A stretch of 16,114 nt of DNA from Promethearchaeota archaeon (GTDB lineage: Archaea; Asgardarchaeota; Lokiarchaeia; Sigyniarchaeales; SOKP01), in assembly GCA_048941265.1 (NCBI GenBank), contig JBHLNT010000089.1:1-16114 (forward strand), read 5' to 3'. The notes beneath the pieces were generated by a model, which saw only the letters and a program-made list of their open reading frames with translations, was not told where the DNA came from and searched no databases. Positions 1 through 5,653 of the stretch are shown piece by piece. Numbering within the stretch: position 1 is the stretch's first letter; each line of letters opens with the position of its first letter. The translations under genes and the position numbers were made by a program.

Positions 1-26
1 ATAATTCTATTATTTAATATTAAATT

Positions 27-47
27 TTCCAGTGGAAATTATGGAGT
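27..47 (+). promoter_or_regulatory. ORB-like element (Orc1/Cdc6 origin recognition box), candidate replication origin
   Basis: TTCCAGTGGAAA-TTATGGAGT matches the archaeal ORB core TTCCAGTGGAAA (dyad TTTCC-agt-GGAAA at 26-38) followed by a short G-rich tail; it lies in non-coding, extremely AT-rich DNA. Only one copy is visible and no cdc6 gene is in the window. Confidence 0.55.
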
Positions 48-104
48 ATATAATATTATTATGAATACTTAATTAGATAGACTATACTTGTATTTTTTGT
101 ACAT

Positions 105-123
105 ATAAAAATAAAAAAAAAAA
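105..123 (-). terminator. Oligo-T archaeal terminator of the wHTH gene
   Basis: A11 run at 113-123 plus a further A-tract reads as T-rich on the minus strand directly after the stop codon at 124-126. Confidence 0.45.
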
Positions 124-378
124 TTAACCTGTAAATTTCCAATAAACTAATGGACGGCCTCTTTTCCCATTATTGCGTGTAAATTTTTCCACAACTTTTC
201 TTTTATGCAACTTCAATAAATTATCATAAATGGTTGTTCTTGGAGTATTTAAAAAACCAACTAATTCTCTTCTAGTAGAAGGTCCTATTTCTTGCAAAGC
301 TTTTATTAAATTATTTTGGATCGGGGTTATTAATTCGTTTAAATCATAATAGCTTTTAACCATCATTTTATTTGCCAT
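124..378 (-). CDS. Small winged helix-turn-helix DNA-binding protein (TrmB/ArsR-like)
   Basis: 84 aa; HTH segment TRRELVGFLNTPRTTIYDNLLKL followed by wing VEKF...GKRGRPLVYW; SD GGAGG (387-391, minus strand) 8 nt before the ATG. Confidence 0.85.
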   Translation of the reverse strand: MANKMMVKSYYDLNELITPIQNNLIKALQEIGPSTRRELVGFLNTPRTTIYDNLLKLHKRKVVEKFTRNNGKRGRPLVYWKFTG

Positions 379-402
379 AAATTATTCCTCCTTTTTTTTT
401 AA

Positions 403-420
403 TTCGACAATTTTTCGACT
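403..420. repeat. Tandem TTCGAC direct repeat with 11-bp period, candidate operator
   Basis: TTCGACA at 403-409 and TTCGACT at 414-420, upstream of the wHTH start; CG-containing in otherwise AT-only DNA. Confidence 0.45.
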
Positions 421-500
421 TTTTTAATATTAGTTCTTAAATTTTGATTCTTATTACTCATAAAGGAGAACTAATATATAAGTATGCTTATTTATGATAT

Positions 501-550
501 ATTAACATAAATTAACATAAAGTTTATATATTTATTTTTATATTAACATA
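501..550 (+). promoter_or_regulatory. Promoter of RHH gene: TATA box flanked by three ATTAACATA repeats
   Basis: ATTAACATA at 501, 511 and 542; TTTATATA at 523-530, about 44 nt before the ATG at 574. Confidence 0.55.
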
Positions 551-573
551 TTACTAAGACTTATCTTTTCAAA

Positions 574-966
574 ATGACAGACACCATTAGAACAACTGTA
601 ACATTAACTGAAAGATATATGAATAGAATCGAAAAATTAGTTGGTAAATTCGCAACTACAAGAGCTCAAGCTATAAGTAAAATAGTTGAAAATTTTTTAG
701 ATAGTGCAAACTACTTTAACTATTTAAAACAGTTGGAAAGAGAAAAAGAGATTGAAGAAAATGAAATGGCAAAAAGAATGGCTAAGAAACCAGAAGTTTA
801 TGATAAAAGAATAAAAAATATATTTTCAGGAGCAAACAACATATCAATAAATGAGTTTTTAGATTATTTAAATATTGATTACACATTTTTTTTTGATATG
901 TTATCCGAATGGAAAGATAAGTATAATTTCACATATGAAAATGGTAAAGTATTCAAAATTACCTAA
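574..966 (+). CDS. Ribbon-helix-helix (CopG/Arc/MetJ-like) protein with additional C-terminal domain
   Basis: N-terminus IRTTVTLTERYMNRIEKLVGKFATTRAQAISKIVENFL shows the alternating beta-strand, helix, T-R-A turn and second helix of RHH proteins; a charged linker and a compact C-terminal domain follow. Confidence 0.75.
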   Translation: MTDTIRTTVTLTERYMNRIEKLVGKFATTRAQAISKIVENFLDSANYFNYLKQLEREKEIEENEMAKRMAKKPEVYDKRIKNIFSGANNISINEFLDYLNIDYTFFFDMLSEWKDKYNFTYENGKVFKIT

Positions 967-994
967 ATTTTTTCCTAAAATATCTTAAAATTAA

Positions 995-1011
995 ATCTCC
1001 TTCATGGAGAT
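995..1011. other. Small inverted repeat between convergent genes
   Basis: ATCTCC-ttcat-GGAGAT (6-bp stem, 5-nt loop) in the 69-bp gap between the two stop codons; function unproven. Confidence 0.25.
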
Positions 1012-1035
1012 GAAATTAAAAAATAATTCATATCG

Positions 1036-1257
1036 TTATTCCATCCCTTCAGCTACTTCAAAAAATTCATTTGATTGACCTGCAGTCCAATCCATCATAG
1101 ACAATACTATACCTACTAATAGAAAAAAAATGAATAACCCAAATCCAATTAAAAGAGCATATTCTACTAAATTTCCCCCAAATTCATCATATATAAAATC
1201 TTTTACTTTCTTTTTGATTTTCCTTGTTTTTTGTTTTAAAAATTCTTTTATTGTCAT
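1036..1257 (-). CDS. Flp/Fap-type (type IVb/IVc) prepilin-like protein
   Basis: 73 aa; basic leader, then FIYDEFG|GNLVEYALLIG with Glu at +5 and Tyr at +6 (Flp motif), a roughly 22-aa hydrophobic helix and a short acidic tail. Confidence 0.75.
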   Translation of the reverse strand: MTIKEFLKQKTRKIKKKVKDFIYDEFGGNLVEYALLIGFGLFIFFLLVGIVLSMMDWTAGQSNEFFEVAEGME

Positions 1258-1342
1258 AACTTATTATCTTCAACTATATTTTTAAAGTAATCAAATTTTG
1301 CTCAAAGGATAATTAAACATTCAACAAAGAAGGCAAAACCGA

Positions 1343-1762
1343 TTAACTTCTTTCTTTCAAAATATTCAGAATCTCATTTAATTCCTTCTCAGTAGATTGT
1401 TCTCTTGGTATTTTAAGTTTGAATCTTCCATCATTTTTACTTCTAGGAATAATATGAACATGAAAATGTTGGATTGCTTGACCAGCAGCTTCAAAATTGT
1501 TTTGAAGAACGTTATATCCATCAATTTTAAGATTATTATGGATCAATGTTGCTAATTTTTTAACTACTTTAAATGTTTCCGCAAGTTCAATTTCCGGTAG
1601 TTCTTCTAAATTACGATAATGGCACTTGGGTATTACAATAGTATGGCCTTTATATATGGGATAAATATCTAAAAATGCCAAATTTTTCTCATCTTCATAT
1701 AAAATTTTTGAAGGAATCTTTTTTTCAACAATCTGGCAAAAAATACAATCGTTTTCATTCAT
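1343..1762 (-). CDS. hit: HIT family nucleotide hydrolase (Hint-like)
   Basis: N-terminal CIFC, AFLDIYP..GHTIVIPKCH, and histidine triad AGQAIQHFHVHIIPR. Confidence 0.95.
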   Translation of the reverse strand: MNENDCIFCQIVEKKIPSKILYEDEKNLAFLDIYPIYKGHTIVIPKCHYRNLEELPEIELAETFKVVKKLATLIHNNLKIDGYNVLQNNFEAAGQAIQHFHVHIIPRSKNDGRFKLKIPREQSTEKELNEILNILKERS

Positions 1763-1870
1763 TATAGCTTCATTTTAATAAAAAATTATGATATTTAATA
1801 TGATTCTATAATTCAAAATAGTTAAAAACTCCTATTTAAAATTTAAAAAATTTTAGCAGACTCTTACTTA

Positions 1871-1879
1871 TTTTATATA
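1871..1879 (+). promoter_or_regulatory. Putative TATA box of the Nif3-like gene
   Basis: TTTTATATA about 44 nt upstream of ATG 1923; the AT-rich background lowers specificity. Confidence 0.35.
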
Positions 1880-1922
1880 CAAAAATTTCATTTAATACTT
1901 AAATTAAAGATTAACATTGCAT

Positions 1923-2735
1923 ATGCTTTTTAAAGAAATTAGCTCATTATTACGAAATAGATTATCTCCTGAAGAATATATATTTGAAAATGAGTTTTAT
2001 GGCCTTGAATATGGAAATAAAAACTCTAACAATATTATTAAAAGGGTTATGTTATCTTTAGATTTAAATTTAGAAGCGATTCATTTTGCTACTCTTAACC
2101 GAGTAAATTTTATCATATCTTATCGAGGATTGATAAATGAACCGTTAAAAAATTTTAATCAAAACTTAGTAAATAAATTATCTTTACTCTCTAAATATCC
2201 TTTAAATATTTTTGTGTTAAATTCTTCCTTTGTAGCAGCAGAAGGTGGAATTTCTGATACTATCTTAGATAAAATTTATTTAACGCTCGATAAAACTTTT
2301 GATATTATAAATAAAAATAATGTTGCTATTCCAATTGGACGAATCTGTTTACCAAAAAAGTATCCTAATCAAATTCAATCATTCACCTTACAAGATCTAT
2401 TGAAAAGAATAAAAGTGAATTTAGAAGTAGATAATTTATGTTATGTTGGTGAATTGAATACAAAGATTAATAGAATTTGTCTAATTGGCGCTAAGCTTCC
2501 GAACCTGATGCTTTTAGAGCGTATTATCAGTCAAGGATGTGATTGTCTTATTTCATGTGATTTCAATTATAAGGAGGCTATGTTTGCCAAGGATATTGGA
2601 TTGACTTTAATAAAAATTCCACACTACCATTGTGAAATCAAAGCTATGAAGCGATTATCCAATACATTAAGCTTAGAATTTCCAAATGATGAAATATTCT
2701 TATACGAATCGAAAAATCCATTAAACGTTTATTAA
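1923..2735 (+). CDS. Nif3/YbgI-like protein with degenerate metal site
   Basis: GLEYG, IKRVMLSLDL..EAI..A, PIGRI, INRICLIG, DCLISCDF and C-terminal PHYHCE follow the Nif3 layout. The ORF track starts at TTG 1917; ATG 1923 is preferred. Confidence 0.85.
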   Translation: MLFKEISSLLRNRLSPEEYIFENEFYGLEYGNKNSNNIIKRVMLSLDLNLEAIHFATLNRVNFIISYRGLINEPLKNFNQNLVNKLSLLSKYPLNIFVLNSSFVAAEGGISDTILDKIYLTLDKTFDIINKNNVAIPIGRICLPKKYPNQIQSFTLQDLLKRIKVNLEVDNLCYVGELNTKINRICLIGAKLPNLMLLERIISQGCDCLISCDFNYKEAMFAKDIGLTLIKIPHYHCEIKAMKRLSNTLSLEFPNDEIFLYESKNPLNVY

Positions 2736-2895
2736 ATTAGTATAAACTCTTATAATTACTTTTAATATAATGATTTTAATTAATTAGAAGTAAAAGTCTT
2801 CTAAGCTATATTAAACATGCTTAAATTTAAATGAGTTTAATAACATCTAATTATTAAATTTAAATATTCACTATATAAAAAAGGATGTTAAAATT

Positions 2896-3477
2896 ATGGT
2901 AATAATCGAATATAACGGGAAAAAACCACAGATCAGTGAGAAGGCCTACGTGTCTGCAATGAGCACACTAATAGGAGATGTAGTAATTAATGATAATGTA
3001 GTTGTATGGCCTGGATCAATAATTCGTGGCGAAAATTCTCAAATCAACATCGGAGAATATTCAACGATTTTCGATGGAGTTATTTTGTTGACTCGTTCAC
3101 AGAAAAGTCCGATTCATATCGGTAGATATTGTATATTAGAAACTGGAGTCACACTTTTAGGTGGTTTTTTGGAGGATTATGTACAAATAATGGAAGGTAG
3201 TCTCATTTTTGAAGAAACATCGATTGGGGAGGGAGTAGTAATTATTAATAAAAGTCAAGTGCCCCCGGGCTTAGTTATTCCTGCGCGGGCTGTCATGAAA
3301 GGGAATCCTGTTGAAATGATTAGACAACAAACTCGTAATGACGTCTTAGAACAAAAAGAGAGAGCGCATCATTATACTCAATTATTTATCAAAATTAATA
3401 ATTTACTACCCAATGCCCAGAGTTATTTATTAACTCTTCCAGATTTCATAAAATTATTATTAAAAAAAGAAATATAG
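2896..3477 (+). CDS. Gamma-carbonic-anhydrase-like left-handed beta-helix protein lacking Zn-binding His residues
   Basis: YNGKKPQI..AYV...TLIGDVVI..VVWPGSIIRGE..INIG hexapeptide repeats, GNP turn and C-terminal helix; SD-like AAGGATG at 2881-2887. Confidence 0.85.
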   Translation: MVIIEYNGKKPQISEKAYVSAMSTLIGDVVINDNVVVWPGSIIRGENSQINIGEYSTIFDGVILLTRSQKSPIHIGRYCILETGVTLLGGFLEDYVQIMEGSLIFEETSIGEGVVIINKSQVPPGLVIPARAVMKGNPVEMIRQQTRNDVLEQKERAHHYTQLFIKINNLLPNAQSYLLTLPDFIKLLLKKEI

Positions 3478-3489
3478 GAAAAGGATTTT

Positions 3490-4383
3490 TTAAAGTTCAA
3501 TTTTTATATTCAATTTTTTAGTTAACTCTTTATATCGAGATCTAAGGGTGACCTCGGTCACTCCAATAAGATTAGCAATTTCCTTTTGTGATATTTTTTT
3601 ATTACGCATTTTACATACTAAATATAATGCTCCTGCGCATAGACCTTTCGGATCTTTACCACTTGTGGAATATTTCCCAATAAAAGTTTGTAAAATTTTG
3701 ACTGTTGCTTTTTCTATATTAGTATCTAATGCTAATTCTGCTATAAATCGAGGAATAAGTGAAATGGGATCTGTAGAGGGGGCTTTCAAATTCAGCTCCC
3801 TTATTAAAGTCCTATAGCATCTCCTCACATTCTTAGCACTTTCAGAAGTCTCGTCTAAAATCTCTTGAAGGGTTCTCGGAATTTTTTTCTCTCTACATGC
3901 AAAATATAAACATGCGGCAACCATTCCATTTATAGATCTACCTCTGAGTAATTTTCTTTTAAATGCTTCTTTATAAAGGCGGATTGCCTCTTTTTTTATA
4001 TGATCGGGTAAATTTAAGTTGCTACCTATTCTTTTTAATTCAGTAGTAGCAATTAACATATTTCGTTTATCCCATGTCATTCGAGAATTCCATTTAGCAG
4101 CTCTTTTTAAGTCGGGATTTTTAATGTTATTTTTATCTATAACGGTACTTAATCCCATGTCGGGTAATAAAATTGAAATGGGAGATCCAGTTCTTTCTCT
4201 TTTTTCCTTCTCTTGTTTTGTAAATGCGCGTTTGCCACTGTGATATATATCTAATATTCTTTCACTAATTACTAAACCACACTGACCACATACAACCTCC
4301 CCCTTTTCTTGAATTGAAATAATTTTACCCCCACATTCAGGGCATAAATTTGCTAAATTACTAAAATCTGATTTTATTTCCAT
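3490..4383 (-). CDS. tfb: Transcription initiation factor IIB (TFB) paralog
   Basis: Zn ribbon CPECG...GEVVCGQCGLVI; cyclin repeats with LLRGRS...AACLYFACR..IPRTL and SGKDPKGLCAGALY...SQKEIA...GVTEVTLRSRYKEL; SD GAGGT at 4391-4395 (minus strand). Confidence 0.97.
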   Translation of the reverse strand: MEIKSDFSNLANLCPECGGKIISIQEKGEVVCGQCGLVISERILDIYHSGKRAFTKQEKEKRERTGSPISILLPDMGLSTVIDKNNIKNPDLKRAAKWNSRMTWDKRNMLIATTELKRIGSNLNLPDHIKKEAIRLYKEAFKRKLLRGRSINGMVAACLYFACREKKIPRTLQEILDETSESAKNVRRCYRTLIRELNLKAPSTDPISLIPRFIAELALDTNIEKATVKILQTFIGKYSTSGKDPKGLCAGALYLVCKMRNKKISQKEIANLIGVTEVTLRSRYKELTKKLNIKIEL

Positions 4384-4540
4384 ATTATTTACCTCTTTTC
4401 AAAATTTAAAATTAAAATATTTAAATATCAAGTTATTGTTGATATTTTTATAAAAAAATCCATGTAAATTGATAAATGTAAATTAAAGTGACTGAAATTC
4501 TTGCGTAACCCGTGTAGCAAAGTATAATATAAAATTTAAA

Positions 4541-4555
4541 TATATAAATCTTTCG
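4541..4555 (-). promoter_or_regulatory. BRE-TATA promoter of tfb
   Basis: Minus strand reads CGAAAGA-TTTATATA: a purine-rich BRE abutting a consensus TATA box, about 160 nt upstream of the start codon. Confidence 0.5.
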
Positions 4556-4595
4556 ATTCTATGAGGGATTATAGTGGGAAATAGTAAAAATACAT

Positions 4596-5531
4596 TTAGA
4601 AAAAAGGATCGTTATTATTTTTTAAAAATTTAATCAATTCTTTTTCTGTAGGCATTCCTGTCCTTGCCCCAAGCTTTTGAATCTTTAAAGATGCTGCTGC
4701 ATTTCCAAATCTACATGATTTTTCGAGATCCCATCCCTTAATCCAATACCCTACTGTAAAAGCTCCATTAAATACGTCACCCGCCCCTGTAGTATCTATG
4801 ATTTTTTCAATATTATAGGTTGGTACTATTTTTTGATACTCTTTTGTCGTAATTAGAGCTCCTCTATTTCCAAGGGTTATAATAACGATGGGAATTCCTT
4901 TCTTAATTAAAATGCTTGCGGCTTCTTCTGGTGTGTCACTTCTAGTAATAGATTTCGCACCTTCTTTATTTGGGATTAGAATATTGCTCTTTAGTAGTTC
5001 ATTTTTTAAATTATTCCATCCTCTTTGAGCAATTTGAGATTCCAAATCTATACTTAGCGTTACATCATTATCCTTAGCTATTTTAATTGCTTGCTTTGCA
5101 ATATTAGGATGAATCATTGTAGTGTGCAAATGTTTGGAACTTACAATATAATTTTCATCCAAATCCGATATCTCTATTTTTGTAGTTTGCATATGGGGTG
5201 ATTGGATAATTGTTTTTTCACCTTTTGTGACAAAAATAAAATTGATCGGGGTTTTTTTTCCAGTTTTTTTAAGAGTTAATGATGTATCGACATTTTCCTT
5301 CTTAAAATCTTCAATTAAGAATTCACCGTAAGAATCATCTCCAACAGCCCCTATAAATCCACAAGATACACCAAGTCGTGCAATAGAAACTAAATAATTA
5401 GCAGTAACTCCCCCAGAAAAATGATTCTCACTAATGGCATCTATCTTTTCATCAGGTTTTGGAAAATGTGGTATTTCAGTTACCCAATCAACAACAACCT
5501 CTCCTAAACCAATTATATCAACTTTTTTCAT
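4596..5531 (-). CDS. PfkB/ribokinase family carbohydrate kinase
   Basis: IIGLGEVVVD, GGVTAN..ARLG..FIGAVGDDSYG, PNKEG, ITLGNRGA and the signature IDTTGAGDVFNGAF. Substrate cannot be assigned from sequence. Confidence 0.95.
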   Translation of the reverse strand: MKKVDIIGLGEVVVDWVTEIPHFPKPDEKIDAISENHFSGGVTANYLVSIARLGVSCGFIGAVGDDSYGEFLIEDFKKENVDTSLTLKKTGKKTPINFIFVTKGEKTIIQSPHMQTTKIEISDLDENYIVSSKHLHTTMIHPNIAKQAIKIAKDNDVTLSIDLESQIAQRGWNNLKNELLKSNILIPNKEGAKSITRSDTPEEAASILIKKGIPIVIITLGNRGALITTKEYQKIVPTYNIEKIIDTTGAGDVFNGAFTVGYWIKGWDLEKSCRFGNAAASLKIQKLGARTGMPTEKELIKFLKNNNDPFF

Positions 5532-5653
5532 AATTACATCACAAAAAATGAAGTAAACACGTACATTCTGTCAAAAAACTAAGTAAAACAAAAAAGTTTT
5601 CATATTATTAATTAGATTTAAGTTATTAAAAAAAGTTATTAGCTGATTAAAAA

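Noticed and set aside
403-409. TGTCGAA (minus strand) is identical to a bacterial Spo0A box
   Set aside because: Archaeal context with no Spo0A-like gene; coincidental match.
2896-3477. Calling this an active carbonic anhydrase
   Set aside because: The three Zn-binding histidine positions are L, T and L by eye alignment.
3548-4243. Plus-strand ORFs 3548-3817 and 4019-4243
   Set aside because: Antisense shadows wholly inside tfb; no recognisable motifs.
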